In this document: positions 27,549 to 37,529 of the stretch, piece after piece
How positions within the stretch are numbered: the stretch's first letter is position 1
Layout of the letters: every line of letters starts with the position of its first letter
Assembly: GCA_965226495.1 (NCBI GenBank)
Contig: OZ245365.1
Coordinates: 1,184,001-1,248,000, forward strand
Origin: Candidatus Marinacidobacterales bacterium
GTDB taxonomy: Bacteria; Acidobacteriota; Vicinamibacteria; Marinacidobacterales; DATDRI01
Reading direction: 5' to 3'
Length of the DNA stretch: 64,000 nucleotides
The notes under the pieces: model-generated
The model's input: only the letters and a program-made list of their open reading frames with translations
Told to the model about the DNA's origin: nothing
Databases searched by the model: none
Made by a program: the position numbers and the translations under genes

Positions 27549-28823
27549 ATGCAAGCGTTACTTACTGACTCGATACAAGAGTCATCCAATACACATTCCG
27601 GGAGCGAGGATCTTTCAATCGCCGACCTTGACCAACGGCTCGAGCAAGCGGTCCAAGAAAATGAGCGATCCGAACGTCTCATTTGCGACTATCTCTTGGC
27701 GATGGTCGAACGTCGGGGGTACGAAAAGTTCGGCTTCGCCGACATCTACTACTACGCGGAAGGGCGGTTCGGCTTTTCAGCCCGCAAGACCCGTTACCTG
27801 CTCCGCCTCTCCCAGCAGCTCCGGAAGCTTCCCCGGATCAAAGAAGCTCTCGGCGAGGGCCGCCTTGGCTGGACGAAGGCCAGTCGTATCGCACGAGTCG
27901 CGACCATCGACGACGAGTCCATGTGGCTCGATTCCGCCCTATCCTTATCTGTTCGAGAGCTCGACCAAAAGCTCAACGAGCAAAGGGACGCCATGGGAGT
28001 GAAAATCCGCGCGTGGCTAACCCAGGAACAAGCTTCGGTGTGGGACCAGGCACTCGAAGTCTGCCGTCGCTTGAGCGGGGAGGATCTGGATGTCGGCCGC
28101 TGCCTCGAGTACATCGCCGGAGATTTCCTCGCCACTTATGCCTACCTCACGTACCGGAAAGAGGGGGACGAGGGCTGTGAAGGAACGACCGTCAAGGAGC
28201 GGCACCAAGTAGAGGACGGACCTTCCGACGAGGAGGCCGCGGCGGTAGAGCTGAAGATATGTCCGGACAACGAGGACCTTCCTGCTCCAATGACTCCCTC
28301 CGAGTACGGCAAGACGTGGCGATACGTGCTGGAGCGTGACGCCTACCGCTGTCAGTACCCGGACTGCGGCGTGCGGAGTGAGCTCCAAGTGCATCACATC
28401 GTGTTTCGGAGCCGCAGTGGTAAGAAAGGTCGGCGCCGAAGCAACTCGCCTCAAAATCTGGTGACGCTATGCGTCTTCCACCACCGGACGGTTCACGCCG
28501 GAACGATCGGAGTTATGGGGCAGGCGCCCAATGAGCTCGAGTGGCGCCGCCCGGTGCTGATGGAGAACGCCCTCCCTCCGCGAGATAGCGCGCGCGGCGA
28601 TTATGGTGGCGAGCTCGCTCGAGAGCCTGGACCAGTTTATGGCCGGCGGCACACCGCGGTTCTCGTTTGGCAAACGTTTTCCAAAGCCAAATCTGTGTCA
28701 AAAGGTAGCAGACCGCCTCGAAAACGTTATCCAAAGTCCGATCTGTATCGACAGGTAGCGGCTTCGGCGATCGGGACCGCCGCGCGTGCGCGTGCCACCG
28801 GGCGAACCGAAACGGGTTCTTGA
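27549..28823 (+). CDS. HNH endonuclease with DUF222-like helical N-terminal region
   Basis: VLERDAYRCQYPDC..LQVHHIVFRS..NLVTLCVFHH; N-term LPRIKEALGEGRLGWTKA. Confidence 0.85.
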   Translation: MQALLTDSIQESSNTHSGSEDLSIADLDQRLEQAVQENERSERLICDYLLAMVERRGYEKFGFADIYYYAEGRFGFSARKTRYLLRLSQQLRKLPRIKEALGEGRLGWTKASRIARVATIDDESMWLDSALSLSVRELDQKLNEQRDAMGVKIRAWLTQEQASVWDQALEVCRRLSGEDLDVGRCLEYIAGDFLATYAYLTYRKEGDEGCEGTTVKERHQVEDGPSDEEAAAVELKICPDNEDLPAPMTPSEYGKTWRYVLERDAYRCQYPDCGVRSELQVHHIVFRSRSGKKGRRRSNSPQNLVTLCVFHHRTVHAGTIGVMGQAPNELEWRRPVLMENALPPRDSARGDYGGELAREPGPVYGRRHTAVLVWQTFSKAKSVSKGSRPPRKRYPKSDLYRQVAASAIGTAARARATGRTETGS

Positions 28824-28838
28824 GGCTAGGTTGGACTT

Positions 28839-28858
28839 TGGTGCCGAAGAGGAGATTC
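28839..28858 (-). repeat. att-like copy 3 of the tRNA-Leu 3' end
   Basis: TGGTGCCGAAGAGGAGATTC, 2 mismatches to the tRNA. Confidence 0.85.
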
Positions 28859-28866
28859 TGGAAAAA

Positions 28867-31305
28867 CTAGTGCCCTCTAGTGCCGCCCTGTCCGTGTAGT
28901 GTTTTCTCATTCGCTCTCGATTCTCGAGAATGAGCAGCCTGCCTGGTTCGGGCATCGAGCGCCGCCTTCACTCGCCCGTGCGTAAACGGCACCTCTCTGA
29001 TACGGGCACCGGTAGCGTCGAAGATGGCGTTTCCGATGGCTGCGGCGGCGAGCGTGATGGTGGTCTCGCCGGCACCCAACGCCTCCACGTCAGCGCGATC
29101 GATGATGACCGTTTCCACCTGGGGCACGTCGAAGCCGACCGGAAGGCTTCGGTACGTTCCCCAGTCCACCGAGGTCACCTTCTTCTCGTCCCACGTGACC
29201 TCTTCGAGGAGCGCGCGGCTCATTCCCTGGAGCGTGCCCCCTTCGATCTGATTCCGCAGCCCATCCGGGTTCGAGACCGGGCCGCAGTCGACACCGGCTA
29301 CCAGACGCTTCACTGCTACGGATCCAGTGTCCTGATCCACCTCGACGTGCGCCACCAACGCGCAATACCCGTTGTCGCCTTCATACAGCACGCAGGCCAT
29401 CCCGCGACCCGTCGCAACCCCACTCCGCGAGACGCCGCGCTTCGGCGAGGGACGAGGATCCCAATTGGCCTTCCGCGCCACCGCCCGCACGATCTCGATC
29501 ATCCGCTCGTCTCTCACATGATCCAGTCGGAAGGCCATCGGATCGACTCTCGCCTGCGCCGCCGCCTCATCCATGATGGACTCGTGCGCAAACGTATTCT
29601 GGAGCCGTGACGGAGATCTGAGGGGCCCGGTGAAGAATGCCGATTTGACGTTGTGTATCAGCACCCGCTCGCTCTTGACGGTTCCGGTGCCGCCACAACG
29701 GCCGCCGACACACCCCGCAACGTACGAAGGCGCGGCGTTGCTGCCGTTTCTGTAAGTGCGGGGATCCGATGCCGGGGTTCGCGGAGTGAAGGCCGCCGGC
29801 TCGAAACCGGCTAGAAAACCAGTGATCACATTCCCAGGAGTTCCGCTGCGTGGTCGGCTCCCCAAGACCGGGAACCAGGCCTCGTAGTCCCACGCGAGAA
29901 TCCGTCCCTCGGCGTCGAGTCCTATGCTCTGATCGATGACGTAGGCGTATCCGAAGTTCTCCCACGCCATTTCGTCCTGTCGCGAGAGCTGCACCCGGAC
30001 CGGTCGACCCACCGCTTGCGACAGCAGCGCGGCGTCGTAGGAGACCGTATCGGCCCCGTTCAGTCCGTAGCAGCCGGAACCCATCCTGAAGATCACGCGC
30101 ACCTCTTCCGGGGAAACGCCGAGGATCATGGCCACCGTCTGCTTCAACGGATGCACCGCCTGGGTAGCCGACCAAATCGTGGCCTTCCTGCCCTGCACAT
30201 CGGCAACCGCGCAGGAGCTGCCCACCGATCCGTGCATCTGATAGGGATGGCGATAGGTGGCGCTGACGGTGATCGCCGCTCCCGCGAGCGTGGCGTCCAC
30301 ATCTTTGGAATCCACGACCAGCCTGTCGCTGGTCGGGTTCTGATGTCGCAGGTAGTCGTAGAAGTCGCGATGGCTCGGCAGCTCGACGCCCGGGCTCCAT
30401 GTACAGCTCAGTTTGTCGGCGGCCTGGATGGCCTGCCAGGGCTTGTCGGCGACCACTCCGACGAAGTCGTTCTTGACGACGACCTTCACCAGACCGGGCA
30501 CGTCTTGCACGGAACGCTCGTTGACGCTCATGAGCTTCGCGCCAACCACCGGCGGTCTGACCACTCGGCCATGCAGCATGCCGGGGACACTCACATTGTG
30601 CACGAACTCGAAGCGGCCGGTGACCAGCTCTGGGATCTCCGACCGCGGTACTGGCTTTCCCAGCACGCGCCACTCGCTCGGGTGCCGGCGTTTGGCGCGG
30701 CCGTCAAGCCGAAGGGCGAACGTCTTCCCCCCAATCAATTGCCCATACTCCGCGCGCGCCGTTGGATCGGTCGTTACCTGGATCACGCCATTTTCGACGG
30801 CCAGCTTCTCGACGGGCACCTGGAGGCGTGCCGCCGCCATACGGAACAATTCTTCGCGGGCAGTCGCCGCGGCCTGGGCCAGGTTGGTGTTGTTGAAATT
30901 GGCAGGGTGTGATTGGCTACCGGACGTGGTGCCCTGATCGGGAGTTCGTGCAGTATCGCACTGAATCAGCGTGACGCGATCGATAGGTATGGCCAGTTCT
31001 TCGGCGATCAGTTGACTTTGTGCGGTGTAGAGACCCTGTCCAAGCTCACACTTGCCGGTGTAGGCGGTCACCCGTCCCTGCGGGTCAATAGCAATCCACG
31101 AGTCGAGCTGGTCTCCCGGCACTCCCGAATCCTGGGCCGCTGCGAGCCCTGAAGCGAGAATCCTTCCCGCCGCGCTGAAGCCGACGATCAAGCAACCGGC
31201 TCCCTTCAGCCAATCCCGGCGGGACAATTGAAGCCCGTCCAAGGCGGCACCGGCGTCCGGGGTCAAAGACTTCGCATCCACCGCTCCACCCGGCTGCTTC
31301 CTCAA
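28867..31305 (-). CDS. Xanthine-dehydrogenase-family molybdopterin-binding subunit (IorB/nicotinate dehydrogenase B-like), Tat signal
   Basis: SRRDWLK, GKCELGQG, QIEGGTLQGMS and GAGE..AAAIGNAIFDATG motifs; start codon uncertain (31305 or 31281). Confidence 0.9.
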   Translation of the reverse strand: MRKQPGGAVDAKSLTPDAGAALDGLQLSRRDWLKGAGCLIVGFSAAGRILASGLAAAQDSGVPGDQLDSWIAIDPQGRVTAYTGKCELGQGLYTAQSQLIAEELAIPIDRVTLIQCDTARTPDQGTTSGSQSHPANFNNTNLAQAAATAREELFRMAAARLQVPVEKLAVENGVIQVTTDPTARAEYGQLIGGKTFALRLDGRAKRRHPSEWRVLGKPVPRSEIPELVTGRFEFVHNVSVPGMLHGRVVRPPVVGAKLMSVNERSVQDVPGLVKVVVKNDFVGVVADKPWQAIQAADKLSCTWSPGVELPSHRDFYDYLRHQNPTSDRLVVDSKDVDATLAGAAITVSATYRHPYQMHGSVGSSCAVADVQGRKATIWSATQAVHPLKQTVAMILGVSPEEVRVIFRMGSGCYGLNGADTVSYDAALLSQAVGRPVRVQLSRQDEMAWENFGYAYVIDQSIGLDAEGRILAWDYEAWFPVLGSRPRSGTPGNVITGFLAGFEPAAFTPRTPASDPRTYRNGSNAAPSYVAGCVGGRCGGTGTVKSERVLIHNVKSAFFTGPLRSPSRLQNTFAHESIMDEAAAQARVDPMAFRLDHVRDERMIEIVRAVARKANWDPRPSPKRGVSRSGVATGRGMACVLYEGDNGYCALVAHVEVDQDTGSVAVKRLVAGVDCGPVSNPDGLRNQIEGGTLQGMSRALLEEVTWDEKKVTSVDWGTYRSLPVGFDVPQVETVIIDRADVEALGAGETTITLAAAAIGNAIFDATGARIREVPFTHGRVKAALDARTRQAAHSRESRANEKTLHGQGGTRGH

Positions 31306-31769
31306 CCCGCCACCTCTCGTGCATATCGCTTGATGGCTCGAAGCATCCGAACGTGTGCAAAGCAACGGCACAGAACCGTCGACAGGGCCTGCTGCATCTG
31401 TTCGTCGCTCGCCTTCGGGTTCTCATCAAGGAGAGCTTTTGCGGTCAAGATCACGCCGCTGAGACAGAATCCGCATTGCGTCGCCTGCTCTTCGATGAAG
31501 ATTCGTTGAATCGGGTGCGGGCTCTGCGCAGTACCCAAGCCTTCTAGTGTGGTTATGTCCGCACCATCCATTGTCTCCACGGGTGTGACGCAGGCGCGGA
31601 TTGCCCGACCTCCCGCGATCACCGTGCAGGCTCCGCACTGTGCCAGCCCACAGCCGAACTTCGGTCCACGTAGCTCGAGGTCGTCACTAAGGATGTAGAG
31701 GAGCGGTGTAGAGGGGTCCACATCCAGAGAGTGTGAGCTACCGTTGACCGTCAGGGTAATAGCGCTCAT
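31302..31769 (-). CDS. [2Fe-2S] subunit (IorA/CoxS-like)
   Basis: KFGCGLAQCGACTV, QCGFC and LCRC motifs. Confidence 0.95.
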   Translation of the reverse strand: MSAITLTVNGSSHSLDVDPSTPLLYILSDDLELRGPKFGCGLAQCGACTVIAGGRAIRACVTPVETMDGADITTLEGLGTAQSPHPIQRIFIEEQATQCGFCLSGVILTAKALLDENPKASDEQMQQALSTVLCRCFAHVRMLRAIKRYAREVAG

Positions 31770-31914
31770 ATCGTCCTGCCTCGTGTGTCAGGACCCCGCT
31801 CCACTCCCCGAGTGACGAGTGAAAGCGTTGTCGCGAGATTTTAAGACAGCTGGGAAGCTTCAAGCAACGGATTTTCTCATGCCCAATGACCTTGCAGCTC
31901 GGGAAGGGCCGTGG

Positions 31915-32056
31915 TGGTGCCGAAGGGGAGATTCTACCAGGACGTTATCGCCTCGTGCCGCCTTTCACGCCTGGCGTTGTTTCTCAGTGGCTTACGCTGA
32001 GACGGAGCCCGCCTAGTCGTGCCTCATATCACGTCGTGGTCGCCCAGTTCCGCACA
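31915..32056 (-). repeat. att-like copy 2 plus conserved element end
   Basis: TGGTGCCGAAGGGGAGATTC (1 mismatch); 31945-31989 is identical to 34159-34203. Confidence 0.9.
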
Positions 32057-32172
32057 TTCGTCGAGGCGACAGAATTCCCAGATGCAGAGGCTCTCGGAAG
32101 GTCACCCCGACCTCCCGGTCGGCGGCGTGTCATGGCCGGCCGCACTTGCGTACTGCCGATGGCCCGAGCGCA

Positions 32173-33960
32173 TCAGGGATCGAAACGCGTGACCGCCCAC
32201 CCGGCCTTGTTTTCGGGCAGAAATTCTCCGTCATCGCTGCTAACCTCCGCGTCGATGGCGTCGGTCAGCTTTTGATTCATCGCAAGCAACAGTTCGCCGT
32301 TTGCCCTTCTATCGACTGCCAGGTTTCGCATCTCGTCCGGATCCGCCTCGAGATCGTACAACTCGACGTCGTTGTAATCGAATATCTGCTCGATCGTTCC
32401 CGGAAGGTTGTGTTGTTGCGGCGAGAAATAGCGGCTGTAGCGATAACGGCCGTCCGTGATGCTGCGTATCGCTCCCCGTTTGGTCAGGTCCAGTTTCAGG
32501 CCGAGGCTTGCGACATCCTGCCCGCGCGACTTGGCGTCATATACCTGCTGCATGAAGTCGGCGTCCTGGTACAACCACATATTGAAGTTATAGAGCGCGC
32601 CGCCCCTGACCGCATTCGCGCCGGCGGATTCAGGCGATGCCAACAGGCCACTCAGGTCGTGCCCTCGCAGTTTTGGCGCCATCGCCTGGCGCTGGTCCTC
32701 GCCGACGCCCGCAAGCGCTAGGATGGTCGGTGTGATATCGAGATGTGACGTGAGGGCCGGGCATTCTTTTCCAGCGCTTCCGGCATGGCCAGGGTGCCGC
32801 ACCACCAGCGGCACGTGAAGCTGCTCCTTGTATGCCGTAGCGCCCTTTCCATGCATTTGGTGGGCTCCCGCCAACTCGCCGTGGTCCGATGTCATGACGA
32901 CGATGGTGTTGTCCGCCAGCCCAAGCTCGTCCAGCTCCTGGAGGATTCGTTCCACATGCCGATCGCAGTCGGCGATGCAGTTCAAGTAGTAGTCCTGCAA
33001 TCGCTTCCAGCGTGCGTCCTCATTTGGAAACTGGCCGACCAGCGTACTGCGCGCAAACTGGTACTCATAGTGCGCTCGCGGTCGGCCATCATAATCCCAA
33101 GCCTCATTGCGGCTTTCGGGCAGAGCCATGTTCCAGCTTCGCTGGTAGATGGAATGCTCCGGTGCGCGATTGAGGGGCATCAGGTGGCGGGAATCCTGCA
33201 CGGGTCGCGCGCCCGGCGCGTCGGTGTTGTAAAACATCACGTCGTGCGGATTGACGAGGTTCAGCGCCAGGAACCAAGGTTTTCCCTGTTGCTCGAGCTG
33301 GGGTGCCTCCGCCCTCAGCCAGCGCACCGCGGTGGACGTGGTGAACTCATCCGTCCTGTAGCCGCCCATTGTCATACCGATGATGTCGCCTACGCCGACA
33401 TAGTCCTCGAATCCGTACTCCTGCATCACGGCGTTCAGCGTCGCCATGTTGACGTCGGGCGCCTGCTCAACCTCGATATCTTCGAGCGCTTTGACGAAAT
33501 GGCACTTGCCGAGGTATGCAGGCCAAAAGCCTGCGTCCCGCAGGTAATTGCCGACGGTCGGGATGTCTGACGACAGCTCACTCGACCAAGGTAAGCCCAA
33601 GTTGTCGAACACCTTCGTGTGCTGGATATGCTGGCCCGTATAGATCACCGAGCGCGAGGAACTGCAGACCGAAGTGGCGATCTGGTGGTTCGTGAAGATC
33701 ACGCCTTCGCGCTGCAGGCGTTCGCGGCCTGGCAGTGAATAGTCGTCCGGCAAAGTTGCCGGATCGAAATACCGTTCCTGATCCGTCAGTATGAAAAGAA
33801 TGTTGTAAGGTTGGCTGGCCTCCGCGCCCGCTTGTGGAGCGAAGCTGGTACCGCCCTCGACCATATGAGGGCCCAGTGCCAGTGCGCCACCGGCAGCGCC
33901 TGTTTTGATGAATTCTCGCCGACTGATTCCGAAGCCAGGTTTTTTGTTGCCTTTCGCCAT
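32173..33960 (-). CDS. Tat-exported sulfatase-family hydrolase
   Basis: SRREFIK, NILFILTDQ, CSSSRSVIYTG, GKCH and TSDHG motifs. Confidence 0.9.
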   Translation of the reverse strand: MAKGNKKPGFGISRREFIKTGAAGGALALGPHMVEGGTSFAPQAGAEASQPYNILFILTDQERYFDPATLPDDYSLPGRERLQREGVIFTNHQIATSVCSSSRSVIYTGQHIQHTKVFDNLGLPWSSELSSDIPTVGNYLRDAGFWPAYLGKCHFVKALEDIEVEQAPDVNMATLNAVMQEYGFEDYVGVGDIIGMTMGGYRTDEFTTSTAVRWLRAEAPQLEQQGKPWFLALNLVNPHDVMFYNTDAPGARPVQDSRHLMPLNRAPEHSIYQRSWNMALPESRNEAWDYDGRPRAHYEYQFARSTLVGQFPNEDARWKRLQDYYLNCIADCDRHVERILQELDELGLADNTIVVMTSDHGELAGAHQMHGKGATAYKEQLHVPLVVRHPGHAGSAGKECPALTSHLDITPTILALAGVGEDQRQAMAPKLRGHDLSGLLASPESAGANAVRGGALYNFNMWLYQDADFMQQVYDAKSRGQDVASLGLKLDLTKRGAIRSITDGRYRYSRYFSPQQHNLPGTIEQIFDYNDVELYDLEADPDEMRNLAVDRRANGELLLAMNQKLTDAIDAEVSSDDGEFLPENKAGWAVTRFDP

Positions 33961-34124
33961 TCTCGCCTCCTCCTCGTTCAGGAGTAAACCATGCCTCAGG
34001 ACGCGAGCGGATTCAAGTCGGTTGATTCACGGCAGGTCGGTGGAAACAAAAAATCAATTTGGAGACGTTTTGGAGACGGCAACCGGTGCGAAAGTGAATG
34101 CTAAGGACTAGAAGGACTTAGTTA

Positions 34125-34270
34125 CTGTTGGTGCCGAAGGGGGGATTCTGCCAGGAGTTTATCGCCTCGTGCCGCCTTTCACGCCTGGCGTTGTTTCTCA
34201 GTGCCTTACGCGGAGCCTGCGCTCGTGTGGCATTGCCTCATATCGTCTCGTGGTGCCAAGTTCGTGAACA
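34125..34270 (-). repeat. att-like copy 1 plus conserved element end
   Basis: 34125-34148 is identical over 24 bp to 36883-36906. Confidence 0.92.
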
Positions 34271-34889
34271 TGGTGTGAACAAGGAGAATTCTGGAAGCGG
34301 TCTAACCGTCTCCTGTTGGGGAGTTCGTTAGCTATTTGTTAGCTGTTTGGCCCTCTATCATCGCCAGCCGGTGTATATCGGCATCCCGCGTGATCTGCCG
34401 CCGTAGCAAACACTGGCAGTCCCGAGAACGGGCAGCAGCAGAACCAGGGCTGCATTGATTGGTGACTGCATACAGAGAGGCATCGCCGAATCGCTGACCT
34501 ACTGATACGCTATCAGTCGTTCGAGGCCCTGGCCGCGCCACCGCTGGCGCATATCGGGCTCTACTTGACGCCAAACTGATTGGCGCGACGAGTGGCCTGC
34601 CTCGCTCGTCACCAAGAGGTGACCGGAGCTCTTTTTCTTCTTTGCGTCTTGGAAACAATTGTCAAGAGTTGTGGATCAGAAGGGGCGTCTCTTGCCCCGG
34701 AAGGTGTCATGATGTCGCCTTCCTCCCGGTGAGGGAGGCCGTGGGATCAGGATCTCAGGCCGCTCGAGGATCTCGGCGTGTCACGTTTTCCGGTGGAACT
34801 TGTCAGGCCGCCACGGACACGTATAATCACCGCCCTACCCACAGGAAGTCTGCTGAGCAGATTTCCCATAGCTAAGGAGGAAGCTTGCT

Positions 34890-36617
34890 ATGCCGAAGCG
34901 CACGTTCCTTGCCACTATGCTGGCCCTGATTATCGCCTTCGGCTGTGCGGCCCCACAGCCTGGCGGCGAAGTCGCTGACACCGTCTACACCAACGGCAAG
35001 ATCTACACCGTCAACGAAGCCCAGCCCTGGGCTGAGGCCCTGGCGGTGAAGGACGGCAGGCTCCTTGTCGTCGGCTCCAGCGCCGACGTCGAGGCCGTGA
35101 CCGGCGACGGTACGGAGGTTGTCGATCTGGGCGGCAGGTTCGTGATGCCCGGTATCAACGACCTGCATAATCACGGGATCGACATCTCGACCACAGCCAT
35201 GGATCCCGACGCGTTGGCGATTGCCGAGGAGGCGAAAGCGAGTCCGGAAGCCATCGTCGCTGCCGTCAAGGAATTCGCGGATGCCCATCCCGATCTGCCG
35301 TTGATCTACGCGGAGGACTTTCCAGACGGCATGTTCCCCGGCAACAACGGACCCAAGGAACTGCTGGACGAAGCGAGCCGAGATCGCCCGATCATGATCC
35401 TGAGCTCCGGCGGTCACGCATTCTGGGGGAACTCCAAGGCGTTCGAGGCCGCCGGGATCACCGCCGATACGCCGGACCCCGAGTACGGCGTCATCGGCCG
35501 AAAGCCCGGATCGCGTGAGCCCATCGGTGGCGTGCACGAGAGCGCCATGCAGCTCTTATGGGCCCTGAAGAACAGGCCGAGCAAGGACTCGATCGCAACC
35601 GGGATCAGGCATCACGTGGCGCGAATCAATGGACTCGGCGTGACCGCCGTGCGCATCGCCGGCATCACGCAGGACCACTTGGACATGACGCTGGCGGCGG
35701 ATGAGGCTGGGGAGCTCAATGCGTACCACAGCTTGGCCTTTCACTGGCGTACCTCCTACATTGCGCAGAGAGACCCGGACCTGGACCTGATTCGCCAACA
35801 GATCCTCGATTCAAAGAACATCGCCACCGAGAACGTATCCGCCGGCGCGCTGAAGTACTACGCCGACGGGGCGCCGGCGAGCAAGACCTCCTTCTTGCTC
35901 GAGGACTACGAGAATGATCCCGGGAATCGCAGCCAGCTACAGATGGAACCGGACCTGTTCCTTGAGGAGTTCGCGTTCTGGACCGAGAACGGCATCACGA
36001 CGATGACACACGTCACCGGCGATGCGGCCGCTCGGGCTGTTCTCGAGGCGGTCGAGGCCGCGCAGGAAAGGCACGGCAAGAATGGCGTGCGCCACCACAT
36101 GAGCCACACGGTGATGGTGGATCCTTCCGATCTGGGTCGCGTGAAGCCGTTGGACATGGTGGTCGACGTGTCGCCGACCGTCGCCGCGCCGATGGCGTTT
36201 CACGATGCCTACAAGCATCACTACGGTGACCGCCACGAGCAGTTCTTCCCGTCCCGTGGACTGATCGATGCCGGGGCGAAGTTCATGGTGGCCTCGGACT
36301 TCCCGGTCGGCCCGGACAATCCCTGGTCCAACATCGAGGTCTGGACCACTCGCATGAACCCCTGGGGAGAGGCGCCGGGCACGTTGGGGGCCCACTCCGC
36401 GATCAGCCTGGAAGAGGCGCTCGAGGCGGCGACCCTGACGGGCGCATACGGGCTCTACATGGAAGACGAGTTCGGCTCCCTGGAAGCCGGCAAGCGGGCG
36501 ACCTTCATCGTGCTGAACCACAACCTGTTCGAGATCCCACCGGCGGACCTCAGCGAAACCGAGGTCCTGCAGACATACTTCAACGGTCGCCTGGTCCACG
36601 ACGCGAACCGCAACTGA
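34890..36617 (+). CDS. Amidohydrolase-3 (YtcJ-like) lipoprotein
   Basis: [26 protein letters not shown] and GSLEAGKRA motifs; AFGC lipobox. Confidence 0.9.
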   Translation: MPKRTFLATMLALIIAFGCAAPQPGGEVADTVYTNGKIYTVNEAQPWAEALAVKDGRLLVVGSSADVEAVTGDGTEVVDLGGRFVMPGINDLHNHGIDISTTAMDPDALAIAEEAKASPEAIVAAVKEFADAHPDLPLIYAEDFPDGMFPGNNGPKELLDEASRDRPIMILSSGGHAFWGNSKAFEAAGITADTPDPEYGVIGRKPGSREPIGGVHESAMQLLWALKNRPSKDSIATGIRHHVARINGLGVTAVRIAGITQDHLDMTLAADEAGELNAYHSLAFHWRTSYIAQRDPDLDLIRQQILDSKNIATENVSAGALKYYADGAPASKTSFLLEDYENDPGNRSQLQMEPDLFLEEFAFWTENGITTMTHVTGDAAARAVLEAVEAAQERHGKNGVRHHMSHTVMVDPSDLGRVKPLDMVVDVSPTVAAPMAFHDAYKHHYGDRHEQFFPSRGLIDAGAKFMVASDFPVGPDNPWSNIEVWTTRMNPWGEAPGTLGAHSAISLEEALEAATLTGAYGLYMEDEFGSLEAGKRATFIVLNHNLFEIPPADLSETEVLQTYFNGRLVHDANRN

Positions 36618-36886
36618 GCCACGTCGGCGAGACGAGCCTTCGACCCGCAGCGTCTTCACTCGTTGGGGAGTGCAAGGGCGACGCGCGTGACATCTTTCCT
36701 GGCGAAAGGTGCCACCGAGAGCGTTTGTCTCGGCCACCTGTGCAAACTAATGGTAGGCGGTTTTCACTGCCCGCGGGAGAGACGATCTCCACCAGCGTCG
36801 ACACGCAGCACACCTCACCGAAAGCGGCCAGTAGAAACCTTGAACGGGTTGCCGGTTCGTTGCTGAGCTGGATGTCCGGAGTCTGT

Positions 36887-36971
36887 TGGTGCCGAAGGGG
36901 GGATTCGAACCCCCACGAGTTGCCCCATACGCCCCTCAAGCGCACGTGTCTGCCAGTTCCACCACTTCGGC
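36887..36971 (-). tRNA. tRNA-Leu(GAG)
   Basis: 85-nt cloverleaf GCCGAAG..CTTCGGC-ACCA, anticodon loop TTGAGGG, long variable arm, GTTCGAATC; canonical position after secG. Confidence 0.97.
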
Positions 36972-37032
36972 AACCTGGATCTTCGGTCGCCCCGAGCGGG
37001 ACGCCGAAAGATTTGAATTATAGCAGAAGCAG

Positions 37033-37102
37033 AACCCCTCACCCTACCCTCTCCCCGAGGGGAGAGGGTAAAAGAAAGAAGAGCTTCCCCGAGGGGAGAG
37101 GG
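37033..37102. repeat. REP-like palindromes
   Basis: CCCCTCACCC head with TACCCTCTCCCC-GA-GGGGAGAGGGTA hairpin, plus a partial second copy. Confidence 0.7.
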
Positions 37103-37107
37103 AAACT

Positions 37108-37518
37108 TTACTCCGGGTTTGGGAATGGTTCAGTTGGCTCGTTACTCGATTCGGCCTCGCCCTCGGGTGACGCGGCCTCTTCTCCAGGCGCGCCAGTGCC
37201 CTGGGGAGGAGGCGTTTCTCCGGGACCGACATCGGTCGGGACGGTTTCGGCGGGAGGCGTGCCCAATGGAACGACGGACCCGCCGGAAACAGCCGGTCGG
37301 AGATACGATAGTCCCAGCGAGGTCATCATGAAGAGGACCGCACAGATGGTCGTGACCTTCGCAAGGAATGTGGCCGCGCCCCGTGCGCCGAAGGCCGCCG
37401 AGGATCCGCCGCCACCGAAAGCGCTTGCCAGATCCTGGCCCTTACCTTGTTGCGCGAGCACAACCAGGATCAGAAGCGAGCTGACGACAATGTGAAGGAT
37501 GGTGAGCAGGATGGTCAT
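37108..37518 (-). CDS. secG: Preprotein translocase subunit SecG
   Basis: LILVVLAQQGKGQDLASAFGGG..FLAKVT; follows tpiA. Confidence 0.95.
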   Translation of the reverse strand: MTILLTILHIVVSSLLILVVLAQQGKGQDLASAFGGGGSSAAFGARGAATFLAKVTTICAVLFMMTSLGLSYLRPAVSGGSVVPLGTPPAETVPTDVGPGETPPPQGTGAPGEEAASPEGEAESSNEPTEPFPNPE

Positions 37519-37529
37519 GTTCTTCCTTT

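Larger units (their letters stand above)
24595..36906. mobile_element. Tandem array of tRNA-Leu-integrated islets with no integrase in the window
   Basis: Four co-oriented tRNA 3'-end repeats separate unrelated cargo genes. Confidence 0.75.

Noticed and set aside
34271-34880. Integrase remnant or gene in the 600-bp gap of the amidohydrolase module
   Set aside because: No recognisable motif in the short ORFs listed; a blastx search would be needed.
24595-36906. tRNA-end repeats as a CRISPR array or as extra tRNA genes
   Set aside because: Spacing is kilobases and the repeats cover only the last ~20 nt of the tRNA; there is no cloverleaf and no cas gene.
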